Shown here: positions 45,342 to 55,554 of the stretch, piece by piece | How positions within the stretch are numbered: position 1 is the stretch's first letter | Layout: each line of letters opens with the position of its first letter | Program-made: the position numbers and the translations under genes | The notes under the pieces: model-generated | Seen by the model: the letters and a program-made list of their open reading frames with translations, nothing else | Told to the model about the DNA's origin: nothing | Databases searched by the model: none | Virus record (IMG/VR): IMGVR_UViG_3300030090_003965 | Coordinates: 1-62,136 of that record | DNA from: a virus | Lineage: Duplodnaviria > Caudoviricetes | DNA length: 62,136 nt | Strand: one strand, 5' to 3'

Positions 45342-45370
45342 ACTATAAAACTTACTTACCTGACTAGCAA
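45342..45370 (-). promoter_or_regulatory. Sigma70 promoter TTGCTA-N17-TATAGT
   Basis: Shares a 17-bp block with the promoter at 27628-27656. Confidence 0.65.
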
Positions 45371-45373
45371 CCG

Positions 45374-46660
45374 TTAAAATAAAGCCCCCTGTTCCAACAC
45401 AGGTTGCTCTGTGGAAATACCAAAGAATTCAAGGTTTTTGGCGCAGTTTTCTTTTACCTTGGCACTCGGTGTACCAACACGGCACGGTTCTAAACTGGTT
45501 ACTAATTCTGCATACTGGTTAGCTACGTGGTGTTGGTCAAACCTAGGTAAAAGGGCTTTGTTGGCTCTTTGTATACGGTTCCACTGGTCTTGGTCATGCA
45601 GGGCGTTGTCTATTATCTGAGCAAATTCCTTTTCCGTGGCTGTGTGGGGAATTTCAATGTAGTTTTTATCCTTCAAAAACACCTTACTTCCAGCCATGCC
45701 TAGGTCAGTAGCTACGGGCACCGCGCCTTGAATAATGGCTTCTACAGTGGTGCGGTTAAAGTGAGCTCCATAGCCTGAGTACTTAAGCGACCAACTGGGG
45801 TCTATCTGTAGTTTTACATCCTGTAGTAACTGGTGAACGGTACTATTGGGTATTACACCTTTGTATAACATACCGCTATTTAAGGCCGCGTCCCAGATGC
45901 GTTCACCGTTTTCGTTGTAGTACTGGGGTTTGCATTTATCTATACTGGTCATATAGCGGTATTCAATGCCTGCGCCACCTATTAGTTTTTGTTCTTGGTT
46001 CTGCATGTGGGGTATGGCCTTTACTAAGGTGTGCATACGCTTCCATGCCTTAAATATCTGCACCGCAGCAAACCCCGACCGCTGGTAAAAGGGTCTGTTT
46101 TCGGTGTTGGGTTCTATGTGAAAGGGGTTTAAGATCATAGTACGTGGAATATCTAGGCATTCAGCGGAGTTGTAGGCGGCTTCGTGTACGCACACAGCGG
46201 CCCAGAACTGGTCGGAAACATGCAACAGATGTGGATACAGCTTGGGTAGGTTGCCGTCGTGAATAATGGCAATGTTTTTAGCCCCGTGGTCGTAAAGGTC
46301 TAACCAAGTGGATATGTTTTTATTGTCTTTGTTCAGTGTAGGCACAGGAATATGCCACAGTATGGCGTCGTAAGTGGCGCATTCTTCTTTAAACTGTTTT
46401 CTGGCTGCGTCGTTTAAATAAGGTACCTTGGGTAAACCTGCCCAGCCCCTAGCCTGATGGTGTTTGTATCCCGTGCCGTATATACGGTATTCTTCAATGT
46501 CTTTTATGTTTTGCTTACGTATTGTTACCTGTTTTTTAGGTACTAGCTGTACGAAGTCTACCTCGTGGCCGTTTAGTTTCAGGCCCATTGCAAGGTGTTC
46601 GGCGTGGTTGATTATGCCGCCGTAGTCCTGTATCTGGTACAAAACCATTCTAAACTTCAT
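45374..46660 (-). CDS. GT-B fold glycosyltransferase, possible DNA-modifying enzyme
   Basis: GGI..H...LA.GL...GHEV N-terminus; K.WKR; DPSW...F.RT.VEA...G.VPVA C-terminal motif. Confidence 0.8.
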   Translation of the reverse strand: MKFRMVLYQIQDYGGIINHAEHLAMGLKLNGHEVDFVQLVPKKQVTIRKQNIKDIEEYRIYGTGYKHHQARGWAGLPKVPYLNDAARKQFKEECATYDAILWHIPVPTLNKDNKNISTWLDLYDHGAKNIAIIHDGNLPKLYPHLLHVSDQFWAAVCVHEAAYNSAECLDIPRTMILNPFHIEPNTENRPFYQRSGFAAVQIFKAWKRMHTLVKAIPHMQNQEQKLIGGAGIEYRYMTSIDKCKPQYYNENGERIWDAALNSGMLYKGVIPNSTVHQLLQDVKLQIDPSWSLKYSGYGAHFNRTTVEAIIQGAVPVATDLGMAGSKVFLKDKNYIEIPHTATEKEFAQIIDNALHDQDQWNRIQRANKALLPRFDQHHVANQYAELVTSLEPCRVGTPSAKVKENCAKNLEFFGISTEQPVLEQGALF

Positions 46661-46778
46661 TTAAGCTCCTTAGGGGTAACTTTTTATAATAGTAGTGCTA
46701 TTAACCAAATGGGCTTTTGAAAGTACAGCTATTTTTTGTCCTTCGCGTAGCGGAAAAGGTTCACTAATGTATAGTCAT

Positions 46779-46846
46779 ATATTGTATATCGGGCAGTTGG
46801 TGATTTCAACAACGTCGTTTCGTCCGATATACCATCTATATACAAA
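46779..46846. repeat. Bipartite element ATATTGTATATCGG-N34-ATATACCATCTATATACAAA, copy 2
   Basis: Same boxes and spacing as 24861-24928; lies in the divergent intergenic region. Confidence 0.85.
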
Positions 46847-46947
46847 CTTACCTCCCTATTGTCTACCTAAAAGGGGGGTAAAAAGTGTGTTTTTCCCTTA
46901 ATGCCTTGGTAAAATAAAGTTATACACCTTGGTAGAAAGTAAAGGTT

Positions 46948-48387
46948 ATGAGGTATAAATTTAAAACAACCCCTTATGGGCACCAAATGGAAGCCCTAGA
47001 AAGATCATGGCAAAGCCGCTACTATGCCCTGTTTATGGATATGGGTACGGGTAAGTCTAAGGTGCTGATAGACACCACCGCCATGCTTTACGACAAAGGC
47101 CATATACATGCCGCCATGATAGTGGCCCCAAAGAGTGTGTACCGTAACTGGCTGCGTAACGAAATCCCCCTGCACTTACCCGAACATATTGACCGCAATG
47201 TGGTGGCGTGGTCGCCTAAAAATACACAGAAAAAGAAAAAAGAACTCGAAACCCTGTTCACCGCCACCCCTGAGGAGCTAAAGATTCTGCTAATGAATGT
47301 AGAAGCCTTTAGTACCAAAAAAGGAGTGGCTTTTGCCAAGCTGTTTTTACAACGGTGGAGAACCCTGTTGGCCGTGGACGAAAGCACCACAATAAAAACC
47401 CGAACCGCCAACCGCACCAAAAACCTAATAAAGATAGGAAAGCAAGCCACTTACCGTAGAATACTTACGGGGTCGCCTATTACAAAGTCGCCACTGGACT
47501 TATTTACCCAGTGTGAGTTTTTAAACGAAGGTAGCCTAGAGCAGTCAAGTTACTGGGCGTTTCAGAACAGGTACGCCAAAATGATTCGCCGTAACCTAGG
47601 CAGCCATTCGTTTAATCAAGTAGTGGGGTACCGCAACCTAGAAGAACTCAACAGTATTATTGCACCGTTTAGTTTCCGCGTTAGAAAAGAAGACTGCCTT
47701 GACCTGCCCGCTAAAGTATACGTGCAACGCACCGTAGAGCTTACCACACAGCAGCAGGAGGTCTACGCCACGTTAAAACGTGCAGCCCTAGCCATTATAG
47801 ACGGCACCCTAATAAGCACCCCTAACGTGCTTACACAGATCCTGAGACTACAACAGGTGTGCAGTGGCTACGCCCGCATGGACGACGGCACCGTAAAACA
47901 CATGCCTACTAACAAACTAAAGGAATTACTAAGCGTAGTAGAAGAAACCTCCGGTAAGATGATTATCTGGGCCAACTTTACCCACGACCTACTAACCATT
48001 GAAGAAGAACTAACTAAACTCTACGGCGAAGACTCTTGCGCCACTTTCTACGGTGACACCGCCCTAGAAGCACGACAAGAAATAGTAGAAGAATTCCAAG
48101 ACAGCAGTAGTCCACTACGGTTTTTTATTGGCCAGCCGCGTACAGGGGGCTACGGCTTAACTCTTACCCAAGCTAAAACCGTAATCTACTACAGTAACGG
48201 TTACGACCTTGAAGTACGCTTGCAAAGCGAAGACCGCGCCCACCGCATAGGACAGGAAAACAAAGTAACTTACGTAGACATAGTGGCTGAAGGCACCGTA
48301 GATGCAAAAATACTCAAAGCCCTGCGTAACAAAATAAACATTGCCAGCCAAGTAATGGCAGAAGGCCATAAGGAATGGCTTATTTAG
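46948..48387 (+). CDS. SNF2-family (SF2) helicase
   Basis: MDMGTGKSK, VDEST, LTGSP, L.L.Q..SG, G.GL.LT.A, QSEDRAHRIGQ; the only convincing plus-strand gene. Confidence 0.92.
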   Translation: MRYKFKTTPYGHQMEALERSWQSRYYALFMDMGTGKSKVLIDTTAMLYDKGHIHAAMIVAPKSVYRNWLRNEIPLHLPEHIDRNVVAWSPKNTQKKKKELETLFTATPEELKILLMNVEAFSTKKGVAFAKLFLQRWRTLLAVDESTTIKTRTANRTKNLIKIGKQATYRRILTGSPITKSPLDLFTQCEFLNEGSLEQSSYWAFQNRYAKMIRRNLGSHSFNQVVGYRNLEELNSIIAPFSFRVRKEDCLDLPAKVYVQRTVELTTQQQEVYATLKRAALAIIDGTLISTPNVLTQILRLQQVCSGYARMDDGTVKHMPTNKLKELLSVVEETSGKMIIWANFTHDLLTIEEELTKLYGEDSCATFYGDTALEARQEIVEEFQDSSSPLRFFIGQPRTGGYGLTLTQAKTVIYYSNGYDLEVRLQSEDRAHRIGQENKVTYVDIVAEGTVDAKILKALRNKINIASQVMAEGHKEWLI

Positions 48388-48790
48388 AGTTTACTATTTG
48401 GCGGTTTTTAATGTGTTCTGCGGCAATATCTTCTTTAGACTGCCCATGGTACGGCACGGCATGGCCTTCCTGACACATGAGGTCATTGGCACAATGGCCG
48501 TCTTTATTGATAATTTTGCCGAGAATACGCCCGAATTTACCCCTGCCACTGCCTTTAGCGGTTTCTAGGGTAATTTGGTAGTCTTCGGCTTCGATAAAAT
48601 CTACCAAGAACTGCTTGGCAAGTAGACCGTACTTTTTTTCAACCTTGTCGCGAGTACGAGATTCCGGTGTATCTATACCGTAGAGCCTGATGCGCTGTTT
48701 AGCAAGTATTACCTTAAAACCAAGGTCTATGTCGCAATCGACAGTATCGCCATCAATGATTCGGGTAATTTTGGCTTTGTACTGGTACAT
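48380..48790 (-). CDS. Thermonuclease (SNase-like) family nuclease
   Basis: IIDGDTVD, RIRLYGIDTPESRT, GKFGRILG. Confidence 0.88.
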   Translation of the reverse strand: MYQYKAKITRIIDGDTVDCDIDLGFKVILAKQRIRLYGIDTPESRTRDKVEKKYGLLAKQFLVDFIEAEDYQITLETAKGSGRGKFGRILGKIINKDGHCANDLMCQEGHAVPYHGQSKEDIAAEHIKNRQIVNSK

Positions 48791-51700
48791 CAGCCTAGTA
48801 AGGACATAATACCGCTGCGGTCACGGGCGGTTTCTTTTTCGGCAACGGCCTGTCCTAATGGGTCGTATGGAAACAGGGAAGAATAGTTTTGCATATTGTT
48901 CTGTACGGGTTGTGTACTTGCCTGCGGTACGGGTTGTGTACTTGCCTGCGGTACGCGTAGTTCCGGTACAGTAGTAGGCGTTGCAGGTGCTTGATCTACA
49001 GGGGGAACAGCTGGTTGTGGTTCAGCTGAAGGAAGAGGATATCGATAAACACGGGTTTCAGGTGGCGCTTGTCTAGGAGGATACAGTTGACCATCAACCT
49101 CTACTCTGTCAATGTTACTGGGGTCAACAATGCCTTGTAACCATAGTAGTCTTCTCAAATGACCAGCTTGTTCGTCGGTCACAGAAAAAGCATCGTTTCC
49201 TGAGCGAGTAAGAGTCCTAGCAAATTCTGGATCAATCATTGCTCTTTGTAACATTTGATCCATAGCTCTAGTGTTTCCTGCTCGCCAAGCCTGTGAAGCT
49301 ATCCAAACAGAAGTGGTTCGTGGGCTAACACGACCTTCTAGCATATTGATCATACGTGCAGACCACCCTTGTGGTGTTACACCGGTAACGTCTCCAAAGG
49401 CCTCTATAAGGCCTCCTCTATCTAGACCTCTTCCTATTTGTTGTCTCATACCTAGTTGAAACACTCTTTCAAATCCATCAAGGGTAACTAAGAGATTATC
49501 AAAATGTTCCCTACCCATCACGGTAACAAAGGCATCTTCATTCTGTCCCAGCATGGTAGCAAAGGACTGAAGATCTGACGTTGCAGTAGGACGCCATCCG
49601 GGAGTTAAAATTTCTTCCTTGTTTACTGCTCCTGCCCGTTCTACTTTGTAGATCATTTCCTCGAAAAGTTTACGGTTTAATGCTTCCTGAGCTCCCGGGA
49701 AGGAATCTTTTCCTCTTGTAACAGAAGCCAATGACCGTAAAACAGAAGAATCTTTTGGTCCACCCACACCTAGTGCTCGGTTGATAGCGTACTGGAAGAT
49801 GTTTTCCATACTTTCGTTTTGAAAAATAGTTCGGTCTGTTTGAGACCATCCTTCCGTATTAGCAAACGCCTTAAAATCATCAAGTGCTCGGGTAAGTGAA
49901 TAATCTTCTACTCGTCTTTGTCTGGCCTGTAGTCTCCTTTGCCTAGAAAGAAGAAAACCCAGCCTATTACCTGTGTCGGAGAGTATAGAAGCCGCCGTGA
50001 CCTGTTCCCCCGTCACAGGGTGAGGTACTCTTAAAGTTTCTAACATGGGCCTGTTGTCGGAAATATATTGGTTTAATTTTCCTTCATCCAATTTACCATT
50101 AGTCATAGCACCACTGGCATTTCTTGCTCTATCGAGAACCACATCTCTCATTGCTGTGAGCATTTGAAATTGAGGAGTTTGGCCTCCTGTTCCCGCGTTA
50201 TTTGGTAAAAGTTCTGCCATGTGCATGAACTGGTCAGCGGTGTCGCTGTTTCTGAGAAAAGCCAAGGCCACTTCTTCATCGGGAACAGTGTACTGTGTTA
50301 CAGGGGACAAGGTATCGCCCCAAGGGCTTACTCTTTCTGGAGCACTTCCCGGACCTGTTTGAATAGTTCTTTTTACTGCGGCTCGTTCAAAGGGTAAAAT
50401 CATGTTTTCAAAGTACTGCCACGCAAACTCCTTATAGTTATCTGTAGCAGTACGAAAATGCCCTGCGGGGCCGTACATCATATTATCCAAAACAGTTCTT
50501 AAAGAGGCTAAATCTGTTACATCTACTCCTTCTGCTGATCTCATAGCAGTAGTAACCTGTTGTCGGAATCTTCTCCAGTTTTGGAATCCAAGTGTACCAC
50601 TTTCAGGGTTAAAGTCTAGAAACTCTCTTATCAACTTATGGGTTTGTCTTCCTCCTAGTAAGTCATCCATACTGTGTGTGCCACCTAGGTTTAAAAGACC
50701 TAAGAGCTGATCTCTCACAGCAGGAATAGTCTGCATTTCAGGGGTACCGTCTGGGTTAAGTACGGCTTCAGTTATAATGTTACCGCTTGCATCTGTGGTT
50801 TCCCGTGTAACGGGAATTTGGTGCTCGTTCAGGTAGCCTACAGACCTTCTTTGGTCTATTCCTAAGTCGGTGGCTAACTTATCTGTTGCTGCCTTAGAAT
50901 TATCCCAGAAGGTTTGCCACAAAGTACGTATAGTTCTTCCTGCTTCATCTCTACGAACTTCCTGAGCCCCACCAGCCATTTCTTCTAGTTCTACGTCTAT
51001 ATTACGTAGGTTTGCGGCAAGTTTATCGTTTAATCTTTGTACTCTCCCTGTAACAGAGTCAATTATCATGCTGGGTTCAGGCCAAACAGGTTGCCCATCT
51101 GCATTCAGCATAGGAAGCCCTGTTTCTGGGTCAATAACAGGCATAAACAGTTTTTGTTCAACAAAATCATTCATTATGGCTGCGTTTTTCAGCCCTGTTT
51201 CTCGATACGCAGCGGCAGATTCTTGGTCTAAGCCCGCAACCAATCTAGATTCTTCACGCATTAAAATGGGAGAACGACTTCTCGCCGCAGGACTAAGCTG
51301 TAGCTGTTCACCTGTTATGTTTTCTATCAGAGCTTCTATTTGTTCTGTGCGACTAAGGTAGGCGGCGTTTTCTTGTCTTGTAAGTTCTGCTTCTATTTTA
51401 TCTTCTGTAGACCTTCGTGTTCTTTGTCCCCTATTCCAGAACCTTAACCTATCGCCTGCTTCTCTCCCTGTTCTTGCAGCGGTATCGTATACTGTTCCTA
51501 AAATTCCTTCTCTCCCTGTCTGTGTGTTAAGGTCTGATGCTCTTTCAGAAAACCATGTTGTTGCTCTACCAGAAGGAGACTTGTTAGCCAATGCGCCAAA
51601 GAGGTTAAAAACCCCTCCCATACCTTGCTGTGCTAGTGCAACACCCGCCATAGGAACAGCAAGTGACCATGGGCCAGATCCGGGGATGGCTTCTTCCCAG

Positions 51701-52659
51701 CCTTGGTACCATATTCCACCTATACCACCTGCGCCTATTTCTGCGGCAGCCAGTTTCATGGGGTCTTGCATGTAGCGAGCAGGATAGGCTGTTGTGGTAG
51801 CTAACCGAATTCCGGGAAACATTGTTCCAAGAGGATTAGTTTGACTAAACGGCTGGCTTATTCTTTGTAAGGTTTGCAGTTGAGCCGCTTGGCTTGCTGC
51901 GGGGCCTGCTGCCTGTTCGAGAGCAGGGAAAATACGTCTTGCCAAGGACGCAGTAAGTGCCGTAGTGCCTACACCCATAGCCGCACCTATTCCTAACCCC
52001 TGTCCCATACGTCCCATGGAAGTTTGAAAACCTACTTTATCGCCTTCTCCCCTTTGTCCAAGGGCACTAAGTTGACCCGCTATAAATCTAGTGGGTTGCG
52101 GTACGTAGTTAGTGTCTAAAAAGTCTCTAACAGATTTTGCCCAAGGGGCAGTTCGGATTGTTTCGTAGTCGGAGGCATTTATTATTCTATCGAATATGTT
52201 TCGGGTAACGGGTGTATCCATAGGAAGTACACCCATAGACTTTGCATCTAATATGGCTGCGCTAACCACATAGTCTGGTATACTTGCAATAGCCCCACTC
52301 AGACCACTCACTGTTCCTCTTGCAAGATTACTTATCCCAGAAAAAGGACCGCTGCCATAAGATTCTCCCCCTGCTCTTTGACTAGGCATCACATGCTGAA
52401 CTACGTCTCGGTATGGGGGTTCCCCTGCTGCTATAGCTCCCTCTAGCGTAGCTGGTGGAGGTACTCTAAGTTCGGGTACAACATAGTCGTCTTCTCTAAG
52501 AGCTGCTTGTATTTGTTGAGGAGTTGCGGGGGTAGCGATAATGTTTGGTCTAACCCCTATTGGACGTGGAGGACCATACACCTGTTCTGGGGCAGAGGGG
52601 ATGTAGTCCACCGCTCCTTGGTCACGCATTCTGGTTATTTCTTCTGGAGGAACAGCCAT
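48790..52659 (-). CDS. Large internal virion / DNA ejection protein
   Basis: 1289 aa, helical, last of a set of large genes after the tail genes; C-terminal LFP.DPLG...GIMSL. Confidence 0.6.
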   Translation of the reverse strand: MAVPPEEITRMRDQGAVDYIPSAPEQVYGPPRPIGVRPNIIATPATPQQIQAALREDDYVVPELRVPPPATLEGAIAAGEPPYRDVVQHVMPSQRAGGESYGSGPFSGISNLARGTVSGLSGAIASIPDYVVSAAILDAKSMGVLPMDTPVTRNIFDRIINASDYETIRTAPWAKSVRDFLDTNYVPQPTRFIAGQLSALGQRGEGDKVGFQTSMGRMGQGLGIGAAMGVGTTALTASLARRIFPALEQAAGPAASQAAQLQTLQRISQPFSQTNPLGTMFPGIRLATTTAYPARYMQDPMKLAAAEIGAGGIGGIWYQGWEEAIPGSGPWSLAVPMAGVALAQQGMGGVFNLFGALANKSPSGRATTWFSERASDLNTQTGREGILGTVYDTAARTGREAGDRLRFWNRGQRTRRSTEDKIEAELTRQENAAYLSRTEQIEALIENITGEQLQLSPAARSRSPILMREESRLVAGLDQESAAAYRETGLKNAAIMNDFVEQKLFMPVIDPETGLPMLNADGQPVWPEPSMIIDSVTGRVQRLNDKLAANLRNIDVELEEMAGGAQEVRRDEAGRTIRTLWQTFWDNSKAATDKLATDLGIDQRRSVGYLNEHQIPVTRETTDASGNIITEAVLNPDGTPEMQTIPAVRDQLLGLLNLGGTHSMDDLLGGRQTHKLIREFLDFNPESGTLGFQNWRRFRQQVTTAMRSAEGVDVTDLASLRTVLDNMMYGPAGHFRTATDNYKEFAWQYFENMILPFERAAVKRTIQTGPGSAPERVSPWGDTLSPVTQYTVPDEEVALAFLRNSDTADQFMHMAELLPNNAGTGGQTPQFQMLTAMRDVVLDRARNASGAMTNGKLDEGKLNQYISDNRPMLETLRVPHPVTGEQVTAASILSDTGNRLGFLLSRQRRLQARQRRVEDYSLTRALDDFKAFANTEGWSQTDRTIFQNESMENIFQYAINRALGVGGPKDSSVLRSLASVTRGKDSFPGAQEALNRKLFEEMIYKVERAGAVNKEEILTPGWRPTATSDLQSFATMLGQNEDAFVTVMGREHFDNLLVTLDGFERVFQLGMRQQIGRGLDRGGLIEAFGDVTGVTPQGWSARMINMLEGRVSPRTTSVWIASQAWRAGNTRAMDQMLQRAMIDPEFARTLTRSGNDAFSVTDEQAGHLRRLLWLQGIVDPSNIDRVEVDGQLYPPRQAPPETRVYRYPLPSAEPQPAVPPVDQAPATPTTVPELRVPQASTQPVPQASTQPVQNNMQNYSSLFPYDPLGQAVAEKETARDRSGIMSLLG
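48903..48955. repeat. 24-bp tandem repeat, about 2.2 copies (encodes VPQASTQP)
   Basis: GTACGGGTTGTGTACTTGCCTGCG twice. Confidence 0.85.
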
Positions 52660-52662
52660 GGT

Positions 52663-55554
52663 TTAATCTGTCTTTCGAAACGGAAATTGTGCTCTGGCTT
52701 CATCCGTCAGTCTGCCAGCTTCCCCATATCTGAACCAAATTCCTCTTCTTCCCACTTGTTCAGTAGGTTTACTATACTCTATTCCGTAATATGGTAGGTC
52801 GGGGTTCTCGGGGTCACGCTGTTTTAGTTTTTCTTCAACTTCTTTCTCTTTACCTTCTGGTACTGGGTAAAAGCCCCATTTACCCTCTAACTGTGAGGCA
52901 TTATGATGGTTATTAGAGTTTCTTATCATATCGACATAGTTCCGATGTTCGCCTATATCTAATCTAAAGGGATCACGAATTCCGCCACTTGGAGCCACTT
53001 CCATTGAGTAGTAAGGCTGACCAGTTAGTTCTGCTACAGAGCGAGAATAATCGTTTTGGAGTCCTCTAAGAATTTCTAACATCCTTGCTCTAGCTGCTTT
53101 GGGGTTTCTAAAGAACTGTGCTGGGGCTTCTCCTAAAACATTACGTACGTACCGCACTTGTCCTTCTGGGTATCGCATAGAAGGCACCGCAGCTCTTACT
53201 AAGATTTCAACTAATCTTGTCCATTCAGTAGCCATTTGTTCTGTACCCATGTTCTGGATCCAGTCATCCCAGCGGCTATCATCAGGGATAAAGGCAGCGG
53301 CGTTATTCATAAACATCTGAACACTTGCCGCTGGACCTGTGGCAGATTCAAACCCTGATCTTTCCATAAAGCTCATGAACTCGCGCACTGCGTTTTCATA
53401 GTCCATTACTCCTGTCAGCATACGACTACGAAGACTAGCCTGACCATGAACTGCCATATAGTCCCAGTCAATAGCAGGGGCACCATTCAATTTAGCAAGA
53501 GGATGACTAGAATCAACCCCAAGCTCTTCTGGAGCGTTTAGGGTTAGTACTTCGTTTGTTTCTGGATTGGTAAAGCGAACAACGTGGGCTTTGCCGGTGT
53601 TTTTGTTTACTATGCTGACGACATTATCTTTAACGGCGACTTCCTCAAAGTCTGCCAGTGTTCCCATAGTCCAGTCTTGTTTATTGGAGTCCAGTAGTTC
53701 AAGTCCTCCATCTGGGCCAGTACTTGTGTAGTACAAGGCGTTTGCGGTATCAGCAAAACCGGTGACTTGTTGAGGATTTCCCTGCTCATCAAAAAGTACA
53801 AAATTTGTTCTTGTATACTTTGGTGTTGATTTACCGGTTTGTCCAAGGGCATAGGCATCAGCATCTATGGGGGTTATGTCTTGGGCATCTCCTATGTAGT
53901 TTCCGTCTAGTCCAAAAAGCCCATAAGGATGCATACGCCCTGCGCCGTACCGGCGTTTGTTTTCTGAATCGGTATACATAAAGTACTCTACAGGTGTTGT
54001 AGCGTAGCTCTGCAGCACATCATCTCTGTGTCTTGCGTTAACCCCTTCTGCTTCTGCTCCCAGCTGGGCCAGGACCTGTCCCCAGTTCAGAGAACCACTC
54101 ATTAGTTCGTATTGCCTCAGTTCATCTTGACTTTTATCCTCCTCAAAAGCCTCTATAGCCGCTGACCTGAGGTTTAATTGTATTGTGTTGTATTCGGACT
54201 GTAGGGCTTCTGCCTGTTCGTATGCTCCTTGGGCCATGGCCATTTGTTGCTGGTTTCTGAGGTCCTCTAGCCGTTTGTATTCACCACGGGCGTTTACGCG
54301 GATTTGTCTGTCTATAGCGGACTTTTCCTTGGCCAGTGTACCTATACCGTCTGCTAGTCCGGGAATAGCCTGCGCCATGGCATAAAAAGGATTCTTACTA
54401 CTGGTGGCTATTGCTCCCCCAAACTTGGCCAGTTCTAGCCAGCTTTGGGTTTCTATGTCTTTTTGTATATCACCGTAGTCGCCTTGGTATTCAGCAAGAA
54501 CCTGTTCGTAGTCAGGGTTTTCTACCAAGTAGTCCCCCATTAACTGTTTTTGTTCTTGTATAATTTGTTCTGGTGTTTTTCTCTCAGGTAAATAGTCTGT
54601 TAGTTGGCCTAGTCTTCTATCTACTCTAGCGTCAACACTCTCTACTTTTGGAAGCGCATCGGATAAGGTACCTCTATACTGTTTTGCGTAATCCTGTATG
54701 TCTTGCATCTTTATTTCGGGTGTTTTACCAAAATCAATATCCCATAAGGTTTCCGCACGGTCCATTCCATCGTAAATATCTTTATCAGAGGCATAACTCC
54801 CAGCAGGAATATTCCTAACGTCCACTTGTCCTCTATAAAGAGGGAGAATATCAGGGTCGGTTATTGGAGTAATCGGCCCTAACTGCGCGGCATCTACGGC
54901 CTGCCGCTGTGCGGCATCTACAGCAGCGGAGCTTCCCACGGGAGGAGTTTTTCCTATTGGGGTCAGCAAGGGGTTATTTGCGTTAATGTTTCCATAAATA
55001 GGATTAGTGCCCATAGGGTTAAGGTCATTAAAGCCACCTAGATTAAACCCTACCATGGGGTTAAAATCCGCAGGCATGGGCATAGTAGGAGCAGCTACAG
55101 GGCTGGTGGGGTCGCCAACGGCAGTACCCATTGTTTGTGCTGTTAGGTCTCCGGGATCGCCCAACAAACTACCCAGCCCACCTTGCCCGTTAGTAGACTC
55201 TACCGACTGTATAAGCTGTAAAGTGGTCTGAGTTATAGGCAGTACGCTCTCGGGGGTGGCTTGTGCGTCTTGTTCGCCAACAAGGGCAGCCAGTTCGGTG
55301 CGGGCCTGCTCGGTATTAGTGGCAGTGCCTCCCATGGCAGCCAGCATATCGTCTACGGACTCTGCCGCATCTAGCTGGGCACTGGTAGCAGCTATTTCTT
55401 GGTTCATGGCGGTGTCGACTTCTTGTTGTAAGTCTGTCGTGAGCTGTGTTTCTAGTTCAGGGTTTACTGGTGCGGAAGGTACATCGGCCACGGTACTTAC
55501 AATACCGGAATTCTGCGCCTGATCGTTGAACATTGGTCGGTTGAGAATAGCCAT
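52663..55554 (-). CDS. Internal virion protein
   Basis: MAILNRPMF N-terminus, LA.LVG..DA..TPESVL, coiled coil; ejection-protein cluster. Confidence 0.6.
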   Translation of the reverse strand: MAILNRPMFNDQAQNSGIVSTVADVPSAPVNPELETQLTTDLQQEVDTAMNQEIAATSAQLDAAESVDDMLAAMGGTATNTEQARTELAALVGEQDAQATPESVLPITQTTLQLIQSVESTNGQGGLGSLLGDPGDLTAQTMGTAVGDPTSPVAAPTMPMPADFNPMVGFNLGGFNDLNPMGTNPIYGNINANNPLLTPIGKTPPVGSSAAVDAAQRQAVDAAQLGPITPITDPDILPLYRGQVDVRNIPAGSYASDKDIYDGMDRAETLWDIDFGKTPEIKMQDIQDYAKQYRGTLSDALPKVESVDARVDRRLGQLTDYLPERKTPEQIIQEQKQLMGDYLVENPDYEQVLAEYQGDYGDIQKDIETQSWLELAKFGGAIATSSKNPFYAMAQAIPGLADGIGTLAKEKSAIDRQIRVNARGEYKRLEDLRNQQQMAMAQGAYEQAEALQSEYNTIQLNLRSAAIEAFEEDKSQDELRQYELMSGSLNWGQVLAQLGAEAEGVNARHRDDVLQSYATTPVEYFMYTDSENKRRYGAGRMHPYGLFGLDGNYIGDAQDITPIDADAYALGQTGKSTPKYTRTNFVLFDEQGNPQQVTGFADTANALYYTSTGPDGGLELLDSNKQDWTMGTLADFEEVAVKDNVVSIVNKNTGKAHVVRFTNPETNEVLTLNAPEELGVDSSHPLAKLNGAPAIDWDYMAVHGQASLRSRMLTGVMDYENAVREFMSFMERSGFESATGPAASVQMFMNNAAAFIPDDSRWDDWIQNMGTEQMATEWTRLVEILVRAAVPSMRYPEGQVRYVRNVLGEAPAQFFRNPKAARARMLEILRGLQNDYSRSVAELTGQPYYSMEVAPSGGIRDPFRLDIGEHRNYVDMIRNSNNHHNASQLEGKWGFYPVPEGKEKEVEEKLKQRDPENPDLPYYGIEYSKPTEQVGRRGIWFRYGEAGRLTDEARAQFPFRKTD

